The notes below the pieces were generated by a model. It searched no databases and was not told the DNA's origin. It worked only from the letters and a program-made list of their open reading frames with translations. A stretch of 63,984 nt of DNA, filler included, from an uncultured bacterium (lineage in GTDB: Bacteria; CAYJOG01): assembly GCA_964371695.1 (NCBI GenBank). It is 9 parts of 9 records of this genome, joined end to end, with 100 filler letters (N's around TTAATTAATTAA, not from the genome) between each part and the next. Parts side by side here need not be neighbours in the genome. Positions count along the whole stretch, not along the records: positions 37,432 to 44,700 come from CAYJOG010000139.1; positions 44,801 to 52,058 come from CAYJOG010000140.1; positions 52,159 to 59,287 come from CAYJOG010000141.1; 6 more parts are not named here. One strand, written 5' to 3'. How positions within the stretch are numbered: the stretch's first letter is position 1; each line of letters begins with the position of its first letter. Of this stretch, positions 42,942 through 53,579 are shown in pieces. The translations under genes were made by a program, and so were the position numbers.

Positions 42942-43232
42942 ATGGAACTATTAAAAAGACCCTCATACAAACAACTGAAAGAACAGCTTGGAACTTCTGG
43001 AAAAAAGAGCGCAGAAACCTTTGAAGAAGCTGTCAAAAATGTCGCTGATTTTGAAGACTTGAAAAAAAACGAAGACTTCCAATTTTTCACGGCAACGGGA
43101 GGAACAGCTTCTGTCATTTTGAACGGCGCTATTGTTTTTTACACATGGGATGGCAAAAACACTGTTGGATTGGATTATGTGGTTGTTGGCCCAGAATATG
43201 CCGTGCCTGAAAATTCGACCACCGGAGTTTAG
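42942..43232 (+). CDS. Small AT-rich hypothetical protein
   Basis: Strong SD AGGAGG; 96 aa; AT-rich. Confidence 0.7.
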   Translation: MELLKRPSYKQLKEQLGTSGKKSAETFEEAVKNVADFEDLKKNEDFQFFTATGGTASVILNGAIVFYTWDGKNTVGLDYVVVGPEYAVPENSTTGV

Positions 43233-43263
43233 CTGGGCGAAAAAAACAACCCACCCGCGCCCA

Positions 43264-44700
43264 TTACCCCTCCGGCAATTGAAACTGACGGGCTTTTTCC
43301 TGCAACGCCTGGGCGATGGACTGGATTTCGGCAGACTGCTGGGTGAGGCCGGTCACGGTTTCCATCAGCGTGCGAGAAAGCGCCGCCCCTTCGCGTTGTT
43401 CTTTTTCCACACCTGCGGCCAGCCGGGCGGCTTCTTCCATGTGGGTCATCACCTGTTGCTGTTTTTCTTCAAGGGAGACACTTTTTGCTTTCACGGCCTG
43501 CACCTCGGCAGCCATGCTCTTGATGCTTTCGCGAATTCGGCGAAAGGCCGTGTCTGCCCCCGCCACCGCGCCCACACCGTTTTCCACACGCTCAGACTGT
43601 TGCCGTATGGCGCTGGCGCTGGAGGCGGCCTGATGCTGCAACTGGCGGATGATGCCGCTGATTTCCTGCAACGACGCCTGACTGTGGGCGGCGAGTTTTT
43701 TCACTTCGTCGGCCACCACGGCAAACCCCACGCCCTCGGCCCCGGCGCGGGCGCTTTCGATGGCGGCGTTCAGCGCCAGCAGGTGCGTCTGTTCGGCAAT
43801 GCCGCCCATCACCCCCAGAAACCGGGTGATCTGCGCCACCCCCACGTTAAGGGCCTGGGTGCTCTGTAGGCTTTCTTTCATGCTGGTTTCGATTTCTTCC
43901 ATCAACGTCACCACGTTGCCCACCGCAATGCTGCCTTCTTCCACCGCCAGTTTGCTGGTGTTTGTTTGCTGGCCGATGGCGTCCATGGCGCCTGCCACGT
44001 CTTTGATTTCTTCGCGGGCGACATAAATCGCCGTTTCGGTTTCCAGCAGGGTGTCCCGCTGCTGGCGGGCCTGCTGGCTGACCTTTTCAAAGCTGCCGAG
44101 AAACCGTTGCGCCACACCCTGGCAACTGGCGGCGGTAGCCGCGCCCTTGATGGCAATCATCGTCACGCGCTCAGACCCCTGGCGCACCTCGCCCACCATG
44201 CCCCCCAGGCTCTGGCTGGTCTCTGACATGCGCTGGCCCATGCGGCTGAGTTCGTCTTGGGCGCGGGGCGCCTGGCGTCGGGTGGGGCGCAGGTCGCCTT
44301 TGGCCAGGCGGTCCAGCCCTTCTGAAACCGTCGCCACCGATTCCACCATGCGGCGGCTCATCACCCACATGCCCCCCACCGACAAAGCGAGCACCGCCAC
44401 AAACAGCACCAGGGCAATGGCCACGATTTCGCGCATGGGCCGGGCGGTGGCCTGTGCATCGGGCCATACCTCCAACACAATGGGCGGCGTGCGGAACCGC
44501 CCGGCCACCACATCGAGGCGGTCGCTTTTGCCGGTCTGCACATGGCCATGGCGATCGGTGTATTTCTCCGCCTCCAGCCACAGTTTGCCCTGCACCCAGA
44601 TGTGGATATCCGACAGATACTCCCCATACGTCCCCATGCTCTTTTGCAGCCGCCCCGACATGGCCTGGGTGGAAATGGGGGCCAGCACACAACCCACGGT
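43264..44700 (-). CDS. Methyl-accepting chemotaxis protein (5' end truncated)
   Basis: TM + [41 protein letters not shown]. Confidence 0.93.
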   Translation of the reverse strand, partial: TVGCVLAPISTQAMSGRLQKSMGTYGEYLSDIHIWVQGKLWLEAEKYTDRHGHVQTGKSDRLDVVAGRFRTPPIVLEVWPDAQATARPMREIVAIALVLFVAVLALSVGGMWVMSRRMVESVATVSEGLDRLAKGDLRPTRRQAPRAQDELSRMGQRMSETSQSLGGMVGEVRQGSERVTMIAIKGAATAASCQGVAQRFLGSFEKVSQQARQQRDTLLETETAIYVAREEIKDVAGAMDAIGQQTNTSKLAVEEGSIAVGNVVTLMEEIETSMKESLQSTQALNVGVAQITRFLGVMGGIAEQTHLLALNAAIESARAGAEGVGFAVVADEVKKLAAHSQASLQEISGIIRQLQHQAASSASAIRQQSERVENGVGAVAGADTAFRRIRESIKSMAAEVQAVKAKSVSLEEKQQQVMTHMEEAARLAAGVEKEQREGAALSRTLMETVTGLTQQSAEIQSIAQALQEKARQFQLPEG

Positions 44701-45046
44701 NNNNNNNNNNNNNNNNNNNNNNNNNNNNNNNNNNNNNNNNNNNNTTAATTAATTAANNNNNNNNNNNNNNNNNNNNNNNNNNNNNNNNNNNNNNNNNNNN
44801 CGGGAATCCAGTAAGACATAAGCAAAAAACCAGTTTTGGTGGGGCAGGCGTCCCGCCTGCCTTTTATATAAACGCAGGCAAGATGCCTGCGCCACCCAAA
44901 AATAATAAAATTGGTTTGGTTTTTTGTTTGATGCACGGACAGGAGTGTCCGTGCCACTGAAAGAATCAAGTAATATGGCGGGGATCTTCTTTCGCGCACC
45001 CTCTGATTATGAATCGCCGCGCCACCCGCCTTTTATAATCCGCGCC

Positions 45047-45943
45047 GTGGCGGTGGAAAACCCCTTTGAACACGTGTTACGCGCCTGGCGACCCGGTGTG
45101 GGCATTCAACACCTGGAGCCGGTGGAGGCCGGGGCCACCAACACCGCCGCACGGGCCGTGATGCAGGATGGCCAGGAGGTGTTCGTCAAACACGTCTGCG
45201 GCACGCCCCGCGAGCAGTGGCAGAGCCAGCGGGCCATGATGAGCGCCCTGCAGCAACTGGGGTTTCCCTCGCTCTATCCCCTGTTTGTGTTGGATGAAAA
45301 CGGCGTGGTGATGGAGGTGTACGCCTACCGGCCCGACAACACGCTCAAGTTTCCCAAAACGTACATCTGCCACGAAGGCGGCAAGCTGGTGGCGCAGTTG
45401 CACAACACCCCCAGCCCCTATGACCGCCCCTGGCCCCTGAGCTATACGGCGGCGCGGGCCGTGCGCGAAACCCTGCGCGCGCCGGAGGTGGAAGGCGAAG
45501 CGGCGTTCTGGCGCGATTTTGAAAACCTGCACACCCAGCTTTTTGCCCAACCTCTGCGGCAGGTGCATTGCCACGGCGACCTGTTTTATGACAACTTCCT
45601 GTTTGTGAGCGAAACCGAGAAATACCTGATTGATTTTGAAGACAGTTTTCGCGGGCCGTGGATGGCGGACATCGGCATTGCCCTGATGGCCCTGGGGTTT
45701 CGCAACGGTGGTTGGCAGGCTGACCGCGTGGCGGCTTTTTTGTCGGGTTACGAAGAAGGCCACGGTGAGGCGGTGACGTTCCCCCACCTCAGCGAATGGA
45801 CTCGTTATGGCGCCAACGCCCGCAGTTGGTGGCGGCTAAGACACGTGCTGCTGGGCAACACCCGCGTGACCGCCAAACGGGACTGGCGGGAATATCTGAA
45901 CCTGCCCGACGTGGAAGACGCCATGAGTCAATGCGGAAAATGA
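45047..45943 (+). CDS. APH/type II homoserine kinase-like phosphotransferase
   Basis: GATNT, VAQLH, HCHGDLFYDNFLF, IDFE motifs. Confidence 0.85.
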   Translation: MAVENPFEHVLRAWRPGVGIQHLEPVEAGATNTAARAVMQDGQEVFVKHVCGTPREQWQSQRAMMSALQQLGFPSLYPLFVLDENGVVMEVYAYRPDNTLKFPKTYICHEGGKLVAQLHNTPSPYDRPWPLSYTAARAVRETLRAPEVEGEAAFWRDFENLHTQLFAQPLRQVHCHGDLFYDNFLFVSETEKYLIDFEDSFRGPWMADIGIALMALGFRNGGWQADRVAAFLSGYEEGHGEAVTFPHLSEWTRYGANARSWWRLRHVLLGNTRVTAKRDWREYLNLPDVEDAMSQCGK

Positions 45944-46076
45944 CGCCTTTTTGAGGACATTGAAAAAACTGGTTTTTTGTTAGGATTAGGGCGTATTTAC
46001 ATTTTTGGGCTAAAATCACAAATTTCTTGCGATTGGCCCAGTCTCCTTGCATCCTCTTTGTTCGGAGAGCAGAAAC

Positions 46077-47627
46077 ATGTCCGGGGTTGAAGAAAAATCA
46101 TTTAACCAGGTCGCACGCGGTGTTCTGGACAACCTTTTGGAGGGTTGTCAGGTGATTGATTTCAACTGGCGGTATCGCTATGTCAACGATGCGCTCATTA
46201 CCCAGGGGCGGCAGTCTGAGGAGCAGCTTTTGGGTCAGACCATGATGGCGTGTTACCCCGGCATCGAAAAAACTCTCGTTTTTGAAAAAATCGCGCAATG
46301 CATGACACAGCGCAAGCACGATCGCATGGAAAACGAGTTCACCTACCCCGATGGCGCAAAGGGCTGGTTTGAACTGCGTTTTGTGCCGGTGCCAGAGGGG
46401 GTCTGCATCCTTTCTCTGGACATCACCCATCAAAAAAACACCGCAGCGTCTCTGGCGCGAACGGAAGAACAATTGCGGCATGCACAAAAAATGGAAGCGG
46501 TGGGGCGGCTGGCGGCGGGGGTGGCCCACGACTTCAACAACATTTTGTCCGTGGTGCTGAGCTACACCAGCATGCTCATCGACGAACTGCACGAGGACAA
46601 CCCGATGCACGCCGACCTTGAGGAAATCAAAAAGGCTGGTGAGCGCGCCGCAGGGTTGACCCGCCAGTTACTCACCTTCAGCCGCCAACAGTTGTTGAAG
46701 CCCCAGGTGCTGGACCTCAACGTACTCATCACCCGGACAGAAAAAATGCTCCGCCGCATGGCGGGAGAAGGCGTGGCGGTGAAAGTTGTTCTGGGCGACG
46801 CGCTGGGCAAAGTCAAGGCCGACCCCGGACACCTTGAACAGGTGCTGATGAACCTTGTTGTCAATGCCTGCGACGCCATGCCGGGTGGTGGCAAGCTGAC
46901 CATTGAAACACAGAACATCAATCTGGATGAAGCGTATTCGTCTGAGCATTTTGGCTCGGCGCCAGGCGCCTGCGTGATGCTGGCGATAAGCGACACCGGC
47001 ATTGGCATGGACAAGGAAATCCAGCAGCGTATTTTTGAGCCGTTCTTCACCACAAAGGAGAAAGGGAAAGGCACTGGGCTGGGTTTGTCCACCGTTTTTG
47101 GCATTGTCCGCCAGAGTGGCGGAAACATTTGGGTGTACAGCGAGCCGGGCCGGGGCAGCACGTTCAAGATTTACCTGCCCCGCACCGGCGAAACCGAAAT
47201 CCCCGAGTCGCCGCCAACGCCGACAAGGAGCTTTCGGGGGACCGAAACGGTGCTTCTGGTGGAGGATGAGGAACAGCTTCGTGTTGTCGTTCGGGGAATC
47301 CTGCGGCGCAACGGTTACCACCTCATCGAGGCCAGAGACGGCGAAGAGGCGTTGCGGATGAGCGAAAACCACCAGGAGAAAATCCATCTTCTTCTGACAG
47401 ACGTGGTGATGCCGCACATGAATGGTCCGGAACTGGCCGAACGATTGCTGCCGACGCGCCCGGATATGCGGGTGTTGTACATGTCTGGTTATACCGAAGA
47501 CGCCATCGTGCATCACCGTGTTGTATCGCCTGGTGTCGCCCTGCTGCAAAAACCCATCACGCCCGAAGCGCTTTTGAGACGTGTTCGTGTGGCTCTGGAT
47601 GCCCCTCTCCCGGAACCGGAAGGCTAG
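46077..47627 (+). CDS. PAS-domain hybrid sensor histidine kinase/response regulator (CckA-like architecture)
   Basis: PAS, AHDFNN H-box, NLVVNACDAM, EPFFTTK, GTGLGL, receiver LLVEDE/LLLTDVVMP. Confidence 0.95.
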   Translation: MSGVEEKSFNQVARGVLDNLLEGCQVIDFNWRYRYVNDALITQGRQSEEQLLGQTMMACYPGIEKTLVFEKIAQCMTQRKHDRMENEFTYPDGAKGWFELRFVPVPEGVCILSLDITHQKNTAASLARTEEQLRHAQKMEAVGRLAAGVAHDFNNILSVVLSYTSMLIDELHEDNPMHADLEEIKKAGERAAGLTRQLLTFSRQQLLKPQVLDLNVLITRTEKMLRRMAGEGVAVKVVLGDALGKVKADPGHLEQVLMNLVVNACDAMPGGGKLTIETQNINLDEAYSSEHFGSAPGACVMLAISDTGIGMDKEIQQRIFEPFFTTKEKGKGTGLGLSTVFGIVRQSGGNIWVYSEPGRGSTFKIYLPRTGETEIPESPPTPTRSFRGTETVLLVEDEEQLRVVVRGILRRNGYHLIEARDGEEALRMSENHQEKIHLLLTDVVMPHMNGPELAERLLPTRPDMRVLYMSGYTEDAIVHHRVVSPGVALLQKPITPEALLRRVRVALDAPLPEPEG

Positions 47628-47747
47628 CAGGGTGTTGTTCACCAGCCTGTCGGCGCAATTTTTGCACTGACACGGGAAGCCCCATTGACTCATTTTGCCG
47701 ATATCTCCTGAAATCGACAGGATGGGCTGTAGACTTTTTCACCTGCC

Positions 47748-49355
47748 ATGGATGTTGTGCTGCTGGGCCATTCCAGTCGTTGGGAGCCAAGTTACTGTTA
47801 CGGCCTTGGCCGGATCAAGGCGTTTTTGAACAGCCGCCTGCCCCAGGCCCAGGTGCTGCTGCTGGATCACCAGGCCGCCGACGACGAAGACGAAGACCTG
47901 GAAAAAATCGTGGCGGCCAACCCCAAGGTGGTGGGGCTGGGGACGTATCTGTGGAACCTGCCCCGCGTGGTGCGTCTGGCGCCCCGCTTAAGAGCAGCTC
48001 TACCCGATGCCCTGGTGGTGCTGGGGGGCAACAGTGTTTCGGCCTATGACCGGGTGAAGGCCCCCGGCCCGGGGCCGCATTTTGTGATTCAGGGTGATGG
48101 TGAGCGGGTGTTTTCGCATCTTGTGGAACAGGCCCTGTCTGGCGCGCTGGCCGCGCCGCCAGAGGGGCCGCCCGCCTTCTACACACAGGCCCACGACATC
48201 ACCTGTCTGGATGACCTTGGCTCGCCCTATCTCATGGGTCTGCAAAAACCGGAGATCCAGATGATTCGTCTGGAGACCAGCCGGGGCTGCCTGTTTCACT
48301 GCGCTTTTTGTGTGCACAGCACCAAGCCCGGCGGCATGAATTATTTCTCCATTCCGTTTCTGGAAAAGGAGTTTCGGTGGATTCTGGAACAGGGTTATTC
48401 CATCGTGCAGATTGTGGACACGGCCCTGAACTATCACACCGAGCGGCTGGCGGAACTCTCGGCCCTCATGACCCGCGTAGACCCGGCCCAGCGGCTGGAA
48501 TACGACATCTGCCTGCACACCGATTATCTGAACGACCAGCAGTTTGAAAGCCTCAAGCGGTTCCGCGCCTGGAACATTCTGGTGGGCATGAACTCCATCA
48601 ATCCCGACACGTTCAAGGCCCTGAAGCGGCGTGTTCAGCCAGATCGTTTCGCCCGTTCCGTGAGTCGCCTTTCCAAAGAAATCTTTCGCCCTGTGGTGTC
48701 GGTGCTGCTGGGGTTGCCGGGCGACACGGTGGAAGGGTTCCGGCGCACGCTGGATTTTTGCGCGGGGCTGGATGTGCACGTGGACATCAACGAACTGCTA
48801 GTGGTGCCGGAGACCAGTTATTTTGAAAACGCTGACCAGTTGGGGCTGGTGTTTGACCTGGAGCGCAGTGGCAAGGTGGTGCATGGCCCCACGCTGAGCG
48901 CCGAAGACCTGAAGGCCATGGCGGCCATGGCGGATGAATATGTCACGCGCCACAAGGGAGACGCCCGGCGCTGGCGCTTCATGCGGGCCTATCAGACCGA
49001 TGAAAAACTCACGGTGCCGTGGCGGCTCTCGCAGCATCTTTCGCGCCTGGGCATTGGCGGGGCGGTGTCCTCGCGGCCCTTTGCCTTGGAGGGTTGGCGG
49101 CTGGAGGCAGTGGACGAGGACTTTCACCCTGACACGTTGTGCCTGAACTTTTCACGTAGCGGCGAGGCGCTTTTGCGGGTGCTGCTGTCGCCCGCCAACG
49201 CGGGCCAGGGGTCGTTTGCCCACACGCGGTTTTTTAACGTGAGTTTCGCCACCGATGCGCCGGGGGGCCTCACGCCGCCCGGTGTGCTGCGTTTCATGGA
49301 GCGTTTCAGCCACGTGGTGAAAGAAGCCGAAGCCCGTTTGCCCCAGGCGGGGTAA
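47748..49355 (+). CDS. Cobalamin-binding radical SAM protein with extra C-terminal domain
   Basis: B12-binding-like N-terminus (VVGLGTYLWN, VVLGG, GDGE); ETSRGCLFHCAFC; LLGLPGDT. Confidence 0.9.
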   Translation: MDVVLLGHSSRWEPSYCYGLGRIKAFLNSRLPQAQVLLLDHQAADDEDEDLEKIVAANPKVVGLGTYLWNLPRVVRLAPRLRAALPDALVVLGGNSVSAYDRVKAPGPGPHFVIQGDGERVFSHLVEQALSGALAAPPEGPPAFYTQAHDITCLDDLGSPYLMGLQKPEIQMIRLETSRGCLFHCAFCVHSTKPGGMNYFSIPFLEKEFRWILEQGYSIVQIVDTALNYHTERLAELSALMTRVDPAQRLEYDICLHTDYLNDQQFESLKRFRAWNILVGMNSINPDTFKALKRRVQPDRFARSVSRLSKEIFRPVVSVLLGLPGDTVEGFRRTLDFCAGLDVHVDINELLVVPETSYFENADQLGLVFDLERSGKVVHGPTLSAEDLKAMAAMADEYVTRHKGDARRWRFMRAYQTDEKLTVPWRLSQHLSRLGIGGAVSSRPFALEGWRLEAVDEDFHPDTLCLNFSRSGEALLRVLLSPANAGQGSFAHTRFFNVSFATDAPGGLTPPGVLRFMERFSHVVKEAEARLPQAG

Positions 49356-49508
49356 TGGGCGCGGGTGATTTTTTTGGGAGAAGCGGCAGCATATTGATGC
49401 GGCCGGGCGCGCCCGGCGGCGCGGCGCAGTAGGGCCAGTAGCCACGGGCGTCCCCGCCTGTGGTCTAGCCTGCGTTCATGTGCAAGGCGGGCGAGGACGC
49501 CCGCCCCA

Positions 49509-50708
49509 CTACCCAGCAGGGTGTTTATCAACACCCTGCTGGGTATTACAGGCTTCCCCCATCACCCTCGACACTGACAGCGCCATCCAGTCCCCCAGCC
49601 GGTGGCTGTCGTGGTGGGTGATGGCGCGCTCGCGGGCAGCCGTGCCCAGACGGGTGCGCAGGTCCGGTGAGTCCGCCAGGGCGGCCAGGGCCTGGGCCAG
49701 AGCGTTGGCGTCGCCGGGGGGAATCAGAAGACCGGCGTTCTTGACCAGCGCCGCCGCGTCGCCCAGTTCACTCGCTACCACGGCCCGGCCCGACATCATG
49801 GCCTCTGCCAGTTTGATGGGCAGTTGGGCGCGGGCGGCGGGGCGGTCCAGCGTGGGCAGGGCCACCACGTCCGCCGCCGCCAGAAAATCCGGCACTTCCC
49901 CCGCCCCCACGCGCCCCAGGGGCTGAAACCGCGGCCCCAGACGCGCCCGCCACGGGGCCAGCGCCGGGTCATCCGCCGCCGCTCCCAGCAGCGCCAGCAC
50001 CACGCCGGGGCGGCCGCACCCTTCCACCGCCTTCACCAGCACCTCAAAGCCCTTGTGTTTGCGCAGCGTGCCGCTGAAGAGCACCACCGTGTGATTGTCG
50101 TCCCAGGCCAGCCCGCCGCGTTTTGCCGCACGCTGAGACAACGCCGCCAACCAGGGGGCCGGGTCCACCGGGTGCGGCAGCAAATCGCCGCCAAACTTCT
50201 GCACCAGCACCGAGGTGGCGCACCAGCGGGCCGCCACCCGGCGTGCGAGGTCCTCCATGGCCACGAGCCGGTGTACACCAAAAGGATTGGGCCAGCCCAG
50301 GAGGGTTTTGTAGGCCCGCACCCAGGCGGGGCGCTGGTGGTGAAAGGCCAGTTCGTCGTCGTCGATGTCCACGATCACGCGCCCCGGCCCCATCGCCTGC
50401 ACGGCCAGACCCAGGCTGGCGGGGCGGGGTTTGAGGGCCACCACCACGTCGGGCGAGCTTTCGCGCACGGCCTGTTGCAGCCGCGCCAGGGCTGGGCGGG
50501 CCAGCAGGCCGGTGGGGGCGGCCACGGCATGCACCGGCCAGCGGCCTTCGCTGCCCCGCAGGCTGTTGTGCAGCGCACCGCCCCGTGGCAGCAGCCCCGC
50601 CAGAGAAATACGGGCGTGGGGTTCCAGCGCCTTCATCAGCAGCAGCCCCCGCGTGACGCCGTTGCCCGACAGGTTGTGGCATACAAAGGTCACGCGGGGC
50701 GCGGGCAT
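49509..50708 (-). CDS. GT4 family glycosyltransferase
   Basis: VDIDD, FSGTLRKHKG, LPIKLAEAMMSGRAVVAS. Confidence 0.88.
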   Translation of the reverse strand: MPAPRVTFVCHNLSGNGVTRGLLLMKALEPHARISLAGLLPRGGALHNSLRGSEGRWPVHAVAAPTGLLARPALARLQQAVRESSPDVVVALKPRPASLGLAVQAMGPGRVIVDIDDDELAFHHQRPAWVRAYKTLLGWPNPFGVHRLVAMEDLARRVAARWCATSVLVQKFGGDLLPHPVDPAPWLAALSQRAAKRGGLAWDDNHTVVLFSGTLRKHKGFEVLVKAVEGCGRPGVVLALLGAAADDPALAPWRARLGPRFQPLGRVGAGEVPDFLAAADVVALPTLDRPAARAQLPIKLAEAMMSGRAVVASELGDAAALVKNAGLLIPPGDANALAQALAALADSPDLRTRLGTAARERAITHHDSHRLGDWMALSVSRVMGEACNTQQGVDKHPAG

Positions 50709-50741
50709 GGGGGAATTATGGGCTGAAAAACACTGCAGACG

Positions 50742-51221
50742 TCACACCCAGGCCGACCAGACATAAAAACCGGCCATCAGCAGCAACTGGCCCAGAGCGG
50801 CGGCGGGCAGCATCAGCGCCACGCCCCGCAGCACGTCGCCCACGGCGTCCGTCTGATTCATGCCCAGCGCCAGCCGCGCCGCCGTGCGCTGCCACAACAC
50901 CAGGGCCAGCGCCACAAACACGCCCCCCACCGGCAGCCAGGCCAGGGCATAAAAAGCCAATGAGGCCAGATCGGCATGGGCCAGTTGGGGGTCAAGGGCC
51001 GGGTCGGATTGGCCCGCCAGCGCGGCCAGCCAGCCCCGCCGACGCACCCAGGGCATCAGCCGCCGGTGCCAGAGCTGGGCCACGCCCCAGGCCAGCAGCC
51101 AGGTGAGCAGGCACGAAGGCAGGGGGCCATCCAGCGGTGCCAGCGCCACACCCAGGGCCAGGGGGCCCCAGAGCGCCTGAGCGGGCAGCAACAAACCCGA
51201 TGCCGCCGCTGGAATCCTCAC
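50742..51221 (-). CDS. Small hypothetical membrane protein
   Basis: Hydrophobic ORF between same-strand genes; start uncertain. Confidence 0.5.
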   Translation of the reverse strand: MRIPAAASGLLLPAQALWGPLALGVALAPLDGPLPSCLLTWLLAWGVAQLWHRRLMPWVRRRGWLAALAGQSDPALDPQLAHADLASLAFYALAWLPVGGVFVALALVLWQRTAARLALGMNQTDAVGDVLRGVALMLPAAALGQLLLMAGFYVWSAWV

Positions 51222-51259
51222 CGCCGTGTCCTGCGCTGAAGACACAGCCGAGAAACTTC

Positions 51260-51508
51260 TCAGCGGACCATTTCGCCGCAACGGTGCGTGGCCGGGGCGT
51301 GGGGCAGGTCGTTCAGCGCCTTGAGCACCTTGTCCACCGGCGCGCCTTGGTCTTTGCAGGCGTCGCCAATGGTGGAACCCAGCGGCAAAAAGGGATTGTG
51401 GCAACCCCCCAGGTGGAAATGTCTGAGAACGGTCTTGACCCGTTCATCCACCAGCAGGGCTTCCTGAATCTTCATTTCTTTTGAAAAGGCTTGACAAACA
51501 GTGGGCAT
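51260..51508 (-). CDS. DUF1858/ScdA_N-like small helical protein
   Basis: EMKIQEAL...VLRHFHLGGC...TIGDAC...VDKVLKALN; SD GGGAGG. Confidence 0.7.
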   Translation of the reverse strand: MPTVCQAFSKEMKIQEALLVDERVKTVLRHFHLGGCHNPFLPLGSTIGDACKDQGAPVDKVLKALNDLPHAPATHRCGEMVR

Positions 51509-52158
51509 AAATCCTCCCGGGCGTGGCCCGGCTTTCGTGTGTTGCAACGAGTGTGGAACCGCCCCGGAGGGCTGTCAAAAAAACCGGAAAACAGTGGCAT
51601 TACCCTTGACAACGGGTTTTTTGTTGACAGGAAAGAACGAACAAAAATTACTTTGGCGGCGTCGGGTCGCAGCCATTCACGACGAATGGCAAGGCCAAAC
51701 AATAGATTCCAATTCCTGTTATCTGGAATTGGAATCAGTATTAGAGGTTGGAAAAGAAAACCGCCCTGCACCCCTCCGCCGTCATTCCCGCGAAAGCGGG
51801 AATCCAGTGAAACATAAAAAATTCCAGTTCTGGTGGGGCGGGCATCTTGCCCAAAGCTGCAACTTTTTCGGAGTAGCGGCGGGCTATCGCCTTCTCGCGG
51901 CTGGGTGCCCCAATGGGCACCCAGAGTGCCTCCGCTCGAACTCACACCGCCGTGAAAGGCAAAAACCCTTTATTTTTTCTTGTGGGTTTTGCGCGGTGAT
52001 ACCAATTCTCAACCGAAACAGCATTAATCCGAATGAAAGGGTCGGTTGGGGAAGGGGTNNNNNNNNNNNNNNNNNNNNNNNNNNNNNNNNNNNNNNNNNN
52101 NNTTAATTAATTAANNNNNNNNNNNNNNNNNNNNNNNNNNNNNNNNNNNNNNNNNNNN

Positions 52159-52503
52159 TTTGAGCACTTCCTCGGCGGTTTCCAGCGTCATGTCGCCAAA
52201 CACGTGGGGATGACGGTGAATCATCTTGTGCTCCACCCGTTCGATGAAATCCGCTGCCGACAGGCCCATCTCTTTTTGCGCCAGCGCCGCCAGAAAGGCC
52301 CACACCCAGATCACGTCTCCCATTTCCTCCACAATCGCCTCCAGGTCGCCCGACTGAAGGGCTTCCATTGCCTCTTGTGTTTCCAGCGGCAGATATTTCA
52401 GGCTGCTGGCCAGGGTCTGCTGCTGGTCCCACGGGCAGCCCTGGGGCCCCTGCAGGCGCTCCACCAGAGCCATCAATCCTTCCAGTGTGCCGGTGGGTTT
52501 CAT
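52159..52503 (-). CDS. mazG: MazG nucleotide pyrophosphohydrolase (3' end truncated)
   Basis: GCPWDQQQT, EEMGDV, KMIHRHPHVFGD. Confidence 0.9.
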
Positions 52504-53579
52504 GACTTTCTGTTTTTTTCCTTCCCGGCTTTGGGTTCAGGCGGGTCAAATTTTTCGTGGGCGCGCTGGTTGATGTGTTGTGTGCCCACCGTTTCGCGCA
52601 GGTAGCGGTCAAACGACGCCTCGCTGCTGAACACCCTTGGCCGCACCACCACCGCCCCGCCAGAAATATCCCTGGGGGAAACACCCGCCAGCACCTCTTT
52701 GGGCAGTTTTTCTTTGGCCACGCGCACCGCGCCGTCATCCACCCGCGCCGGTGCGGCGGGGGCGGGCGTTTCGGTCTGCACCGCCGTGGTGACATTGGGG
52801 GTGAAGCCACCCTTGGGGGCGGTCTGGCTGAACGTGGCGTTTTTGCTCAAATCCGGCCCGGTGGCGATGGCGGGCAGTTCGCCCTGCAAAAGCGCCCGCA
52901 GCATGGCCGGTGTGTATTTCTTTCTGGCTTCGGCCACGGCGGCGCCAATCTCCGCCTCGCTCAGCAAATCCGGGTGCCGCCGCCAGAACGCCTGCGCCAT
53001 GGCCTCGTACTGCAACGCCTCGGCCACCTGCTGGCGGGCCAGATCAAACGTGGGCCGAAACACCGACAGACGGGCATGAATCCGCACCCGCTCTTTGAAC
53101 CATTCTGGGTCCACCTTTGTTTCGCCGATGGACAACACCCAGAAGCGGGGGTCCTGCTGGTTGATCTCGCCCGGCAGCGGCAACACCCCCCCCGGCCTGG
53201 AACGCCCCGGCGTGGTGACGGCGCGGGGGGTTCCCAGACGCACCGGATGGTCCTTCAACCAGTCCGCCACAAAACCCCGCCACTCACTCTGGAGGGCCTC
53301 GGCCTGTTTGGCGGCGGGGGGGGCGCTTGTTTTTTGACCACTGCGGCAGCCGACCAGGCTCAGCAGCAGACCAAGGGTAAACCACCTGGCCGCCGTGGCC
53401 AGAGAGCCTGTTTCTAAATTGTGCCATGTGAAACATGGCGGAATAGAAACAGGCTCTTGCGGGCCATGGATGGCCCGCCCCAAAAGCCGAAGTGTTGGAA
53501 ACACTGAGGTTTTTGCCCGCCGAGGGGGCTTTGCCCCCGCTGGCGGTGAGTTGATAAAGTCCAGGATGGACTTTATCAA
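52500..53579 (-). CDS. Hypothetical lipoprotein-like protein whose apparent N-terminus is MITE-derived
   Basis: LLLSLVG-C lipobox ~75 codons in; ATGA overlap with mazG; true start unclear. Confidence 0.55.
   Translation of the reverse strand: MIKSILDFINSPPAGAKPPRRAKTSVFPTLRLLGRAIHGPQEPVSIPPCFTWHNLETGSLATAARWFTLGLLLSLVGCRSGQKTSAPPAAKQAEALQSEWRGFVADWLKDHPVRLGTPRAVTTPGRSRPGGVLPLPGEINQQDPRFWVLSIGETKVDPEWFKERVRIHARLSVFRPTFDLARQQVAEALQYEAMAQAFWRRHPDLLSEAEIGAAVAEARKKYTPAMLRALLQGELPAIATGPDLSKNATFSQTAPKGGFTPNVTTAVQTETPAPAAPARVDDGAVRVAKEKLPKEVLAGVSPRDISGGAVVVRPRVFSSEASFDRYLRETVGTQHINQRAHEKFDPPEPKAGKEKNRKS

Noticed and set aside
42924..42944. In-frame TAG between the two AT-rich ORFs as a third read-through case
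   Set aside because: The second ORF has its own strong AGGAGG and ATG, so two genes is simpler
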